A stretch of 38,907 nucleotides of DNA from Folioceros fuciformis (GCA_049999805.1 JBNGIO010005061.1:1-38907), one strand, 5' to 3'. Positions 24,185 to 36,578 are shown, counted from the stretch's first letter. Translations and numbers: made by a program. The notes: generated by a model from the letters alone, not told the origin.

Positions 24185-24583
24185 ATGATTAGAGTTAATA
24201 TATATTTATTCTTATTTACATATTTGATATCTTACACATCAAAAACAAGCGCAATAAATTATCAATACGTGTTAAGAGTTTGCAGTGCTTTAGATATTCC
24301 CGTTAGTAATGACTACAACTATAGACAAGCTAGAGAGGATGTTTTGAAGAATGTGGTTTCAAACACCACCTTATCAAGCTCAAAGTATTACAAGACATTT
24401 TCTACAGTTGAAGATGTTACAGCTTATGGTGAAGGGAGCTGTGCCCAAGTAATCTCAAAATCTGATTGCACCCAATGTCTTAAAACTTTAGCAAACATCC
24501 TCTCTGTCCAATGCAAAGACAAAAAGGGAGGACGGTATGAAGTTTATGATTGTTTAGTGAGATTTGAAAGTTATGCATTTTAA
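24185..24583 (+). CDS. Secreted single-DUF26 (Gnk2) protein 2
   Basis: Signal peptide; 'CAQVISKSDCTQC'; 'DCLVRFESYAF'; AT-rich codons. Confidence 0.88.
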   Translation: MIRVNIYLFLFTYLISYTSKTSAINYQYVLRVCSALDIPVSNDYNYRQAREDVLKNVVSNTTLSSSKYYKTFSTVEDVTAYGEGSCAQVISKSDCTQCLKTLANILSVQCKDKKGGRYEVYDCLVRFESYAF

Positions 24584-25239
24584 TCATAAACTTGCAGCAT
24601 AATTTCTCAACTTGCAAGAAGTTGAAGATTTGGTCAAGTTTCCATCTAGCAGTTGTGATTTGAAATGAGATTAAGGCTAACTTCTGAGTGAGTCTAATTG
24701 ATTTCATTAGTTTTGGTTTGACATCATGTGATTGTGGATGAAGCAAGATGTAGGCTGAATAAGCATAGAATATGTATTTACTTTTTTGAGCTTATTTTAA
24801 AAAATATGTATTTCATTATTTGATATTATAAAAATTTTAAAATTTTTCTTAAAGAGTTATTTTGAATCAATAGTCAATCTAGAATATTTTAAATATTATT
24901 ATAAAAAGTCAATTATTTAAATTATATAAGTTTGATATAAAAATATATAATTAAATAAAAAAATAACTCAAAGGGTAAAGAGTATTATTATTATTTGATA
25001 ATTTAAAGATTTAGCTGGCATGAAGTAATGTAAAATGATAGAACTTCGAGGGTATGTGTCGTCCTACTCGTCAGGGTACAGAATATCCAGTTGTTTAACT
25101 GGATCCTAGTTTTCTGGGACTAATAAACCTCATTTACGGGTGACCTGATTCTGATGTCTACGCGCCATAAAAAGAAGAAATAATGAGGGACACGCAAGAT
25201 GTGTATGCACCAGTTGGCAGCTACCTGTGGCTCGCCACT

Positions 25240-25695
25240 ATGGGTGTGAACCCGCGGAGGCAAATGGTGGACGTGGTTTTGGTGCTACTGTTGGCTATCA
25301 GTCATGTGAGCGTGAGAAACTTCCCGTTTGCCGGTGCAGTCTGGGAGGGCAGTAATTGCGAGAGTTCCGTCTGCACCACCTCCGCAACTGAGGTGAGCGA
25401 TGCCTACACCTCCACCGTGAGGAGCGTGATGGACGACGTGTTCGAGCATACGTCGCCCGCATTTTACAACTTCTTGACCAGCCAGGATGCGGGAGGCGGC
25501 AAAACTGTGTATGCGGAGGGAATTTGCTCCCCAGGCTTGAGCAAAGCTGATTGCGCTGATTGCCTCAGGTACGTCTACAGGGTTCTGGTTGTGTCATGCG
25601 GCTCTAACCGCACCGGCGGTCGTTCTCGGGTAGACTCCTGTTACATTCGATACCAAGACTATCAATTTGGGAGCACCGTTCTTTCTCCATGTTAG
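25240..25695 (+). CDS. Secreted single-DUF26 (Gnk2) protein 3
   Basis: Hydrophobic leader 'MVDVVLVLLLAIS'; 'CSPGLSKADCADC'; 'SCYIRYQDYQF'. Start codon uncertain (25183, 25240 or 25264). Confidence 0.87.
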   Translation: MGVNPRRQMVDVVLVLLLAISHVSVRNFPFAGAVWEGSNCESSVCTTSATEVSDAYTSTVRSVMDDVFEHTSPAFYNFLTSQDAGGGKTVYAEGICSPGLSKADCADCLRYVYRVLVVSCGSNRTGGRSRVDSCYIRYQDYQFGSTVLSPC

Positions 25696-26396
25696 GCTAC
25701 GCGGCCCGTCGCTGCTTCACGTAACTTTGTACGATAACCGGGCGTAAGCCGCCTTCGATCTAGAGCAATTGTGTTTCTTGATGTTTGTAAAATTTCCTAC
25801 AATCTTGCTGTGCAGCTGCCACTGGCAACATGCATGTCAATTGATCCCATCTGATGACGGAAATTTGTTCCGCGTTTGTTGATGCATCCCGCACCGAACT
25901 CAATGGTTGTCCACCATATTGAGATTGCGTCACTTGCATTTCATCGTGAGTGCTTCCATACGTTGAGAGAAGCTTGGAGTGATCGATCTTCGGCTAGTAG
26001 TACATTTTCATTTTGATGAAGTTTTGCCCGGTTCGTGCGCTGGACCAAACGTGAGCTTCATCCATGGCAAGCGATTCTGCGTGGGGAGGATACAGTTACG
26101 CCACCAAATCGGGGGGACTTCTCTAACTTGCGTCAGGCTCTGGTGTCGAGAAAGATGTTCTCGTTTCCCCAAGTCCCGGGAGCCAACAGGGAATCGCGGA
26201 TGCAGATGTTTCCTCCTTGAAATCCTGAACTCTCTCGTGGAAACAGGACCTTCTCGAACGGGCAGTCACACTCAACAAAAAAAAAAAAAGCAGAAAGAGC
26301 ATGGGACAAACAACATCGTCGGCAATCCGTGGATATTTTCAATCTCATTTGCTCCTGCAGTTTGCGGCTTGACCAGTGTACGCACACGGAGAAGCG

Positions 26397-26858
26397 ATGG
26401 CAGCGTTGAAGCAGTTTGTCTTTCCTACGTTATTGACCTATCTGTACGCGTACCATTTCTTGTGCACAGGCAGCAAAGCTCGCGCAGAAGTGGAGTTGAA
26501 CCCGATCCTCAAGCAGTGCTTCAACGTCAGTTTCTCCATCGGTAGTCCCTACAACCAAGCGACTGTCGCAGCTGTCAACGATGTTTTGGACCACGCGAAC
26601 AGCACAAGTTACTACAGGACTTCCGCTGAGGTCACGGACAAAGACGGCGATTGCGTGATTGTCTTTGCAGAAGGCTATTGCACTCCGAGTCTGACAGCGC
26701 CAGGGGAATGTACCTTCTGTCTTCAGGAATTGCAAAGCAAGATTTACATAGAGTGCAGAAATGCGTTTACCGCTTACGTTTCAAATCCAAGTTGTAGCCT
26801 GCGATACGGCTTCAACAGCTTCGATACCAGTCCGTATGTGCCTCCTATCGATCCTTAG
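26397..26858 (+). CDS. Secreted single-DUF26 (Gnk2) protein 4 (C-X9-C-X2-C variant)
   Basis: ATG at 26397, hydrophobic leader, 'AEGYCTPSLTAPGECTFC', 'SCSLRYGFNSF'. Confidence 0.85.
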   Translation: MAALKQFVFPTLLTYLYAYHFLCTGSKARAEVELNPILKQCFNVSFSIGSPYNQATVAAVNDVLDHANSTSYYRTSAEVTDKDGDCVIVFAEGYCTPSLTAPGECTFCLQELQSKIYIECRNAFTAYVSNPSCSLRYGFNSFDTSPYVPPIDP

Positions 26859-26908
26859 GGTCACCCTATGTCAGACAAAAACTTAAATATGGCTCGCCGA
26901 GTTGTACG

Positions 26909-29900
26909 CTACATTTTTATACAAAAAAATCCTAAGCCTACCGCCGATCGGGCTTGGAAGTCTTCCAGTAAAGAATCGACGGAATGTCGCCAGCTTTCTG
27001 CACCATCCGGAGCCATTTTCATCCACTTCAACTGCTGCAATCTACAGAGGAGGGAATACTGTGAGGAAGAGTTTCAGAGGAAGATGACTTCCTCAACCAA
27101 AAGCCAAGGCGATGCTTACCTGCGAGTACCAGCGGTATCCCCGTGACCCGTGACCACTATCATCATGGTGTTCACCGGCAATGCATCATACACTCTTTTT
27201 GCACGACGATCCAGTTTGAGTAGTTCTGCCTTAAGCTCCTCACTGATTGGAGGATGCGAATGATCTGTAGTGCCTTCCCTGCAAGTCAAGAAGGCAGCAT
27301 GTTCGGCAGCAAGAGCTGAAACTTTCTCAGGGTCCCTTGCTCGTTCTTCATAGAAGGTATTCAAGTCTGACAAACGTGCCCAAACAAAATCTACCGCCTT
27401 TTTTTTCACCTGCTCAACCACAGAACCCACAACTGAGTCACATGGGGTCATTTTTGGTCACAAGTGTGCCACTTTCATACTGAATACTGTAGCAACAAAA
27501 GAATACAGTGTGATCAGAATCAAGACAAGCGTGTAAAAACTTCTACCTCTTTCTCAACCCTTGATAACACTTCCTCATCTGACACACAACCAATTGCATG
27601 ACAGGAGTCAATGGCATAACGCTTGACCACCTCTGGCCGATCAATTAGTGAACACTGACGGTTCTGTCTCGACAACGTTGAGATCAAGCTCTCGCGGGAC
27701 ATGGAATCTAATGGTTCTGCAAATCGGGGGCCTGCAATCCATAGTCATATGAGATCACATCACGAAAGACAGCAACTTCACGAAGGATTGTGAAGTAACA
27801 AATACCATTCTGCAGCTTCAGCAAAACAAGATCCATGGCTGCTTGAGCATCTTCAATACTGTTGTGCCCAGAGGAACCTTTTTGTATACTCCGCTTCAGG
27901 TACTTGGCTGCAAGTGTCCTTAAAGCAGACTTGTAAAGAGACCCTCGTGGGTGAGGATACAGAACCGCTGTGTCTATGACTCTTTTGTGCACCACCTTCA
28001 AGGCACCAAGATCACTTTCTAAAGAATGCCCAATTAATATTGTGTCTGCTTTTACCAATTTCAAAAATTCCTCCTGCCAAGCCATCGTGATGAAAAGTCA
28101 GCAACACTACAAAAATCTGTAATCAAGAGAGAACACGTATTGAGCGGTCTTCCGGCCAAGAAACTCGACCTGTATGTCTCCCAGGGAAGTCGTAACACCC
28201 TCCAACATCTCTGCCGTGATTCCACTCCACCTGTTCACATTCATCCCCAATATTTAGTCAGATTACTGTGAGGTTGCCTCTGCCCGCTGAGGATTTTGTG
28301 ACCTAGTAGAAGATTGATGGAGCAGGGGATCCTGAGCGGGGCCCCGATTTGACCATTTTGAGCCCGCGTCCGGATCCGGTCCTCCACGCGGCCCGGGTAT
28401 CCAGTAGGCAATTCAGCTATGAGTAACATACGACGCTGTAATCTGACAACTGGCTCTCTATTCATTCAATGCATAACGAACAGAAACACGTACTGCGTAT
28501 TGTAGTTTGTGATGGGGTGGCCAGGTTTCACCATCTTGTCAAGAAGCACCTGAAAAAGACAGAGAGTAAGATTGCACAATAAGGTCGCCTTCACAGTTCT
28601 TAGGCTTTTTAAGGGCACAGGTGATCCAGAAAGAAGGGACGCTCACTTTTCCATGCTCATCCACAAGAGAGACTCGAGTAAGCTCAAATCCTTCCTCTGT
28701 AACACACTGCAGGAAACCTTTAGATAATAGCATGGGGAGACTAGCTGCGACAGAGTAACTCCGAGAAGGGAGCAACTCCAAGCACTGATCAAGAACTGTC
28801 AACCAGCAAGCAAAAACCTTACCATTTCACAATCCACCGCCACCATTCCAATGTTTGGTGCAGCTGAAGAACTCTGCGTCATAACATAGCCTGAAGCAAA
28901 CAAAAAGATGCAAATTTTAGCAGAGTAGAACACCATCTGAATGGAGACTGTGCACAATGTGCGATCCTGAAGTCTCAATATCACAGCGATAGTCTTCAAA
29001 AAGAAAACGAGACACAAAAAACCTGGTAGCAGATCCCTCGTTGGTCCAGCTCCGGGATAAAGATGGTCCATCATCTGCTTTTCTGTTAGAACGTAATGCG
29101 ATGCTGGCAATCGTGGCTTCCTAGAAGTTGATATAGGACTTGCCACTGCATCTGCGACGAGAAAGCCACAGGGCTACTAAGTTCAGAAGGTCTGCACGTC
29201 CGCCAAATTTCAACCCGAGAACCAGCAAATAATATTTTCCAGAAACCAGTGTACAACATCTACCAAAATTGATGCGGGACAAGCAACCTGAATGAATACA
29301 GCCAGGCTCACCTTTGCCTCCAGTCTGACAAGCTTGTGTAGAGCCTGCATTGGACAAATTGTCGTTTGTCTCTTCAGACATGGTCACCTTAGAGGTCTGA
29401 GCCTCACTGCGTGAGGTAGTTCTTTCAGGCTGCTACAGTAGGAAAGAAGAACGTTAAATGAAAGTTCCCATCTCGACGTGATGGAAACGAACCGATACAA
29501 ACTAGAACCCTTACCTCCTTCCGTTTCCTTTTCACACGGAAAGTGAGAAGGGCATTGATTGTTTCCTTGGAGTCTGCGGTTGGACTGCAACTAGCAATTT
29601 ACCCACAAGGTGACTCAGTTGGACTACATGCTGAGTCAATCTGCAAAATACACAACCGGATAGCCAAGCCCGAAATGAAAAGAATAAGACAGTACCTGAC
29701 CTCAGTGCCATGAGTGCAAGCGGATTCCCCAAGCTGGTTGACGTATTTTGAAGCAAAGACAAGTGGCTCATGTAGAGAGCAGCATCAAGTCCCGCCAAGT
29801 ACACCATCACGACCTTGGAAACAAGTGGTTTGTTCTGTACAGCAACAGCAAAACTACAAGCATCAGACCGACAACACTCTACAACAAAATAGAAATTTAA

Positions 29901-30313
29901 AAAGGAAGGCAAAACCAAACAGTCAAGCTGTACCTTGACGAAAATCCACCGTGGCATAGTTCCATCAGCCAGAACCCACCTAACAAGCCCTTGCAAATCC
30001 TGCAACGACGAAAAAAAAAAAAAACAATTAACCTTCAGCGGCAGGAATGCACCCCACCACTAATAACCGCGGCGAGCTTACCTCTAACTCCAGCTTTCTG
30101 TTAGGATCACCTGGTTGCAAAATCAACTCTGCCCTAGCCTACAACATCAGCTACCAAGTTACTTTCAAATTCAACGATAGACTAGCACAGTTGTTCAGAA
30201 AGAAAGCAGTAGCTCCAAACAAGGCCTAGAGCTACCTCGACTCCATAGACATCGACATAGGTGGTTTTGTCTCCTTTCCCAGCTTCCACAAGCTTTCTCT
30301 TCTTCTTGGCCAT
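26909..30313 (-). CDS. DEDDh 3'-5' RNA exonuclease, SDN5/REXO-like, multi-exon
   Basis: MAKKKRK NLS-like start; Exo I 'MVAVDCEM', 'ELTRVSLVD', 'YNTQWSGIT'; Exo II 'LIGHSLESDL...VIDTA'; Exo III 'HNSIEDAQAAMDL'; C-terminal 'VTGHGD'. Last exon ends ...GFFCIKM* at 26909. Confidence 0.9.
28257..28447. ncRNA. Candidate structured intronic RNA or element of unknown class
   Basis: Nested inverted repeats inside intron 28231-28493 (see findings); no TSD found. Confidence 0.4.
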
Positions 30314-30821
30314 CCGTCGAGCGCTGCTTTTGACAACTACAAACATAACTGTCGTCAGAAGCCTGTGCAACGACAGCAACAAGTGGCGACAAGCCAAACT
30401 CTCACCCCCATTTCAACATGGTGCTTTGGACACCTACCAGGCGACTCAAATGCTGGCGGCGGCACCCATTCCGTAGGTGGCATGGGGAGGTTGTGCAGCG
30501 GCCTGTTCCCAAGCCGCGATTTTCGGTACCTGGTTTGAGCTTAGATGTGTTTATTTCGTGAGCCGATCCGCAATTATTAATAGACCTACCCACCTAGTAC
30601 CGAACGCTAGTCCCGACGTTAAGAAGGTACATACTGTATGTATCTATGTATGTATGGAGATGTATTTATTGGCTTTCTAAAATAATTGCCACCTAAGATA
30701 GTTGTTTTCCATGGTCGCCATGTTCCTGGTGCTTCCAGCACCTGTGGACTTGGGCGACGTCGGTTGCAGGTTGCACATCGACGATGAAGGCGGGTGACAT
30801 GATGCCGGACTGACGCGCGGG

Positions 30822-33800
30822 ATGGAGGAGCATCTGGCAGTGAGAGGCGGGGGCCCGGCCTGGTCGCTGGGCCTTTTCACGCGCCAGAAGGTGCCTAATG
30901 ATGTGCCAATCGAGGATGCCGACGATATGCCATCCCGGCATCCACAGGCAGACCACATCCGCTCTTTCATCAGGTCTCCCCGAGCAATGCCGGAGCATCC
31001 TTCCTTGGATTCTCCACTCCTTGGGCTCCAGCAGAATGATGGAAATGGCTGCAAGCCTACGTCCCAGTATCACCAGCAGCATGAAAGCGTGCTTCTGGAG
31101 GACTGGCTCAACCTCATGCTGAAACGTCCATCCCCGCCTGTCACCTCCCGTTACAGCTTGTGCATGTAAAGGATTCTGGTTCTGGGGTGGCGTGGGATGG
31201 GATGGGCCGGGGTTGCAGGGCCTTGGGCTGAGAATTGTGGAATCTTGACTGTGGCCCAGGTCTGTGGATGCCGATGATACGGGCCTCACAGAGTACAATC
31301 TTTCCCGGCAGCAGCTTGCCAGATACGGGCTTTCCGAAGCGGAAGTTGAAAGAGGGTACCGGATGCTGTATGTCTACTCTGCCGGTTGTTATGAAGTGAT
31401 CAAGGAGCTGTGCTTTCATAGCCTGGGGAAGTCGTTTCTTGTGGGGTGCTTTTGGCGTGCATACATCCGGCTGTGTGAAGAGCAGAGCAAGGTCGTGGCG
31501 TTGTGGACGTTGTAATTCTCCTCTACGTTTCGAAGTTGAGACGGAGATAACTGGCAGGGCAGTGGCTGATTGGTGCCTGTTGTTGGCAGATTGGGCTTCG
31601 GGTAGAAATTGCAGACTTGGTGGATCAGAAGAAGCAGGCGCAGGATGAGCTCAGAGTGACACGAGGCTGTCTAAACGGAGCGCTTGATAGACTCTCTCTG
31701 GAGTTCATGAAGCAGATACAGCTAAGCGAGACGTTGGCCGAAGGGAATGCAATGGAAGACACAAGGCTGCAAGAGGTCCGTCAGCGAACAAATACATTGT
31801 GCTATGGGGGTCTCCGTGGAATTCTTATCACAGCATCTGAGCTCCCTCGTCTGCAGGTCCGAGACCTTGAGCGAAAATTAAAAAATTCGGAAGGTCAAAT
31901 CCACGACCTGGAGGACAGATGCTCTAAAGCAGAGCAATCACGAGCAGAAGCCATCGCGCAGGTTTCCCTCCTACCCTCCTTGCTTGTCACCACTGCGGAT
32001 TGCCATTGTAGGGCCCGGTTGTGATTTCTGTTATTTTTTTCCACGTCTGCATGTTGATGTTCTCAGATTGTCAGACAGGCCAATTCCAGGACGATCAGGC
32101 CTGTGAGAGGAAAGGCTGTTGCCGTCTTTCCCTCATGGCACTAACTTTGTAGCCAGCAGCCACTGGCGACATGTCTCAACACGCACGAAACTAGGTCTGG
32201 ATGTAGTAGTTTGACAAAATGTCAAGTTGAGAAGTGATAGGCTTTTGTGTGTTCTGGCTTGGTGACTAGGCTGTGGAGGCAACGACCATCAGTAGAAGGG
32301 CCAAGTTGGACAAACAAGCGCATCAATCACTGGGGGCCAATGTCATTGACGTGCAGGTGTTATACAATAAGGCACATGTTAAAGTGATGGAGTCTTTTTT
32401 GCTTGTGGTTTTGGTCGCTTAGGCTGTGGACGCCACGAGAATGATGAAGAGAGCAAAGCTGGATGAACACAATGCATCTTTGAATGAGGCCAAAAAGATT
32501 GATGAAGTGGACTCTTTGAAAGCGTAGGTTTGACAGACCAGCGGCATCGCGGCTTCGCATGTCTGTTGTCTCTGTTTTCTGTTTGAAAGCAACTTCGCGT
32601 TGACTTTGCTGCTTTGCGTGGCAAGACATTAGGAAGCTGCTGAAGCTTCAGGAGGCCCTAGCTCTTGAGAAGGACCATGCAAAGAAACTGCAGCAAAGCT
32701 TTGCTCGAGTCCAAGAGGAGTTGTACAAAGAAGAAAGGAGGAGGAAAGAAGCCGACCAACATCTTCAGCTAATGAACCAACTTGACCAGCAGGTCATTTA
32801 CCTCCAGCCTCCTTACGTTTGAATCTACTGTTACTTATTTTCTGTCCGAGTTGGCTTCCTTCAGACAGTGTCTGAGGCATAGGTTGTTGTGACTATGGAA
32901 ACAGTTGCGGCAGAAAATCAGCCAAGTTGCACATCTGGAAAACGAAATTGACGCGATGAGGAAGGCCGGGTCCGATCTGAGGGCCGAGAACGCTGATTTA
33001 CTACTCAAGTTAGCTAGTCTTGACCAGGAAATGGCGGATTGTAATGCGTCAATGGCTAGAATGCGGCTTCTGGTTCGAGAGAAGACGAGGATCTGTGACG
33101 AGAAAGTGCTAGAGGCTACCTTCTTGGCAGATGAAGTTCAGAGTTGGGTTCAGGGAAATGAGAACCTACTTGCAGAGCAGGAGAAGATTGTGCTGGAAGT
33201 TGGCCACCTCCGCGGATTACTTGCTGAGAAGAAGAGTGAGAAACTTGAAGCGACACATATGTTGGAGTCTCTGATAAACAAGAAAGACAAGTCTATACAT
33301 GCTTTAACCGTGGGAGTAGTTGCCTTGGCACGGATGGCACAAGCACGACCACGATTTATCACATTGAGGCCTTCAGTACTAGAGAAAATGAAGGCCGCCG
33401 TGGAACGATATGACAAGGGTGTCGGATGTACCCCATCTTCCATTTTGATGGAAAGGCTGGACGAGGCAGGTGAGGACTTCTACAAACTGACAGCCGAATT
33501 GCACAAAATGGAAGACAGCACGAAGGAGGAAAGGAACAAGCGGTCCTGGTTGGAGAAGCAGTCTAACGACACCTGGCGACTCCTATCGCAGCAGAACTTG
33601 CGACTGAGTGACGCAGATCAACGCGTGGCCAACCTTGCGTTCGAAAAACGTACTGTCGAACAGTTGCTGAGTTTAGCGGAGGATGAACTCACGAGACTTC
33701 GAGGAAGAGTGACTGAACTCCGCATGGTCAACGAAGACCAAAGCAAAGGAATAGCGCGGCTACAGAATGAAGTGGCAGAAAGCACAGCGCAGCAGAATAC

Positions 33801-34884
33801 TACCTCTGCAGAACTTCAGCAACTTGGGGCGTCTTTGGCCACAGAAACGCAAGTCCGGATGTCCTTGGAAAGAAGTAATGCTGCCCTCGAGGAAAAAGTG
33901 AGATGGTTGGACTCCTGTCTGAGGGATATGACCGACAAGTACAACAGAACTCTCGCCAAAAAAGTGAAGTGGAAAGGCATTGCGAATGACAATGCAACTA
34001 TTATTGCTGACTTGAGAGCTCAGGTGGCTGAGTTGAGAAAAGCGCTTGAGCCTCTGTTGGCACGAAACAGAGAGCTCGAGTACATGATCAAGGACGAGAA
34101 GAACTTGCGGGAGGAGGCTGAGAGGATGTTGCAACAATTAATGGCAGAGAATAAAAACCTGAAGGAGGAAGTGAAGGGGTTAGAGTCTATGCTGAAGACT
34201 GCCAAAGTTGAAAAGAAAGCAATTACGCGGAGAGTGACACACTTGAGTGGCGAAAACGAATGCCTGAAAAGTGAACGAACCAAGGAGATGAGAATCAGAG
34301 AGATACTACAGAACGAAGTCGATGCCCTTAGGTTGCTCACAGAGAGCCTCAAGATTAAACTGTTGGAAATTCAGAATCAAGTCCAAAATATTGAGAAAAT
34401 GCACAGAGTACACGCTGACCAGAGGGACTTCACAAAAGCGAAGGATGTAGAGAGATCGAAGGAACTTGATAACGAGGTTCAAAACTTGGAGAGAAAAATT
34501 GAAGCCCTGCTGGCTAATAGAGTTGCCGAGGTGGACGGACTGAAGAGCGACATAGACTCGAGGCTCTCAGCAGCACATACAGAAAAGGAGACGATTAAGA
34601 ACATACTTGAAGGGAAGGTTCCTGCAGGTGACGAAGATGAGAAACCTTTTAGCAAGGCTGACGAAGGATTAGAGACACCACATGGGGGCTCCACTAAAAA
34701 TAAGGGAGTACCTGAAGGAACTGGTGAAGAAGGAAACAATCGTGGCAGCACAGGAGATTCCAGCCGCCAGGGGGCATTCTGTGCAAAACCTGCAGACGTT
34801 AAGCGGGCGAGCGGTGGATTTGAAAGTAGTGCTGACAATTCCGGCAACAAGGGGGGATCACATGTACTCGATACAGAACCGTAA
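30822..34884 (+). CDS. Long coiled-coil protein with a globular N-terminal domain, unknown function
   Basis: Exon 30822-31165 splices in phase to 31260 ('YNLSRQQLARYGLSEAEVERGYRMLYVYSAGCYEVIKELC'); further small exons; last exon 32905-34884 is heptad- and EK-rich. Confidence 0.75.
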
Positions 34885-34936
34885 AATTTCCAGGCACAGG
34901 GACTGAAGCCAAAGGTCGGTGGGTAACACTGGTGCA

Positions 34937-36578
34937 CTATGAAAGGAGGGAAAGTTCATCAACTTCTTGTTGGTCCTGCCTCTGCTCCCATACGTCCCCT
35001 TCAACGGATTGAGTAAGACTTTTGCGGGATTCTCGGCGATGCTTACTGGATACGAGTCTGGGCTCAGCTTGCAGAACACCCATCGTTCCTGTTTTGTACC
35101 TAACTTTACTCTCCTGTTTGGTGCCGAGAACTCTCTTTTGCAGCTCCTCTCTTTTCCTAACTTCCGTTAAGAATCCAACATAATCACCATACCTATCCCA
35201 CCCTAATCCTACAACACAGTTTGGCTCGCCCACATGCATGCAGTCCGCAAAGGCACAGCCACCAGATTGGTCAGCATCAAGCCTAGTAGTGATCTCAGGG
35301 AAACAGTCTGCCACTGAGGTGGACGTCAACTTTGCAAGGCTGGGTTGGCTGAAGCCTGGAGTGTCAACCAGCCTGCCACCACCATTAGCCAGTTCCAGCA
35401 GCGTGACATTGCGGGTTGTATGCCGCCCTTTGCCACTTCTCTCTGACACCTCACTTGCAGCTAAGAGCTCATTTTCTTGGAGGAAAATCTCAGCCGGATG
35501 CTCCCCGCCTGGACAAGCTTCTTCAGGGTTGCCACAAGTCTCCTCATCACTGTCACCCAATGAAGCCAAGGACTTGGCCCCCAGCCTCATTCCAAGAGCG
35601 TTGATAAGACTGGACTTGCCCACACCACTAGGCCCAACAACGACCGTTGTCCGAGGCTTCAAAATCTCAGCCAACAATGACAGCCCTGTATTTTCACTGA
35701 CGCTACAGAAAATCGGGTCGTAACCCCAGCCCGAGAGCCTCTCTCTCCAGGACTGGATGACTTCCTCAGACACCAGGTCTGCCTTGTTCAAAACGATGGT
35801 GAAAGGGATATCCATGGACTCTGCCTCAACTAAGAACCTACTCAAAGCAACAGGCTCAAGCTTGGGTCGATCCAAAGCAAACAGCACGACCAGGTGGTCA
35901 ACATTTGCAACTGGAGGATCCAAAATCTCCGACTTCCGGTCAAGGACATCCTCCACCATGCCCCTTCTGCTTGGCCAATCAATTCCAGATATCAAGACAT
36001 TGTCTCCCACAAGCACTCGTTTCTTGATCTTCTTCAACAGTGCCCGCACATAACAAAGCAGCAATGTACCTGACCTGTCATCATCTACAGACCCTCCTCT
36101 TACAACAATCACCCGCATAATGTTAGCCTGCGCTGCAACCACCTTCCCCACTGCTTGATCATCTCGCAACGGGATGTCCTCCCCAGAAGCAGTGTGCAGT
36201 GTCCCAAAAACGTCATCCTCCCTCAGGAACGTGTCTCCTTTAGGCAACTTCTTGAGCGAATTCTGAGCTTTCTTCGACGGATCCCACCGAGAGTACTTCT
36301 TCGGCTTCTGATCTCGCCGAGTCTCCCCCCTCTTGGCGACGACAAAACTCCCTCCCTGCACAATATTCCGAAGCCGCTGCGCCCCCAACGCCCGACAATC
36401 CGCCTCCAGAGCCGCTGCACATCAACCACAGCATGACGGTGGTGCTCATAATCCAACCAGCGTTACACAAAGCCAGAAGCTGGTCCCGCCCCTTACCACG
36501 ATCCCCGTAGGACGAAGCGGCGGAGCAAGACGCAAACGCGGAAGGCTGTGAACACTGCCAAGCCCTACAGCACGCCAT
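34937..36578 (-). CDS. rsgA: Organellar small ribosomal subunit biogenesis GTPase RsgA (YjeQ family)
   Basis: Transit-peptide-like exon 1, intron ~36497-36415; OB fold; circularly permuted G motifs NKAD, GPSGVGKS, GRHTT, DTPG; Zn finger 'CAFADCMHVGEPNC'. Confidence 0.93.

Noticed and set aside
30693-31298. 201-aa minus-strand ORF
   Set aside because: Antisense to the first exons of the coiled-coil gene; no domain features.
35238-36053. Plus-strand ORFs within RsgA
   Set aside because: Antisense shadows of a well-supported CDS.
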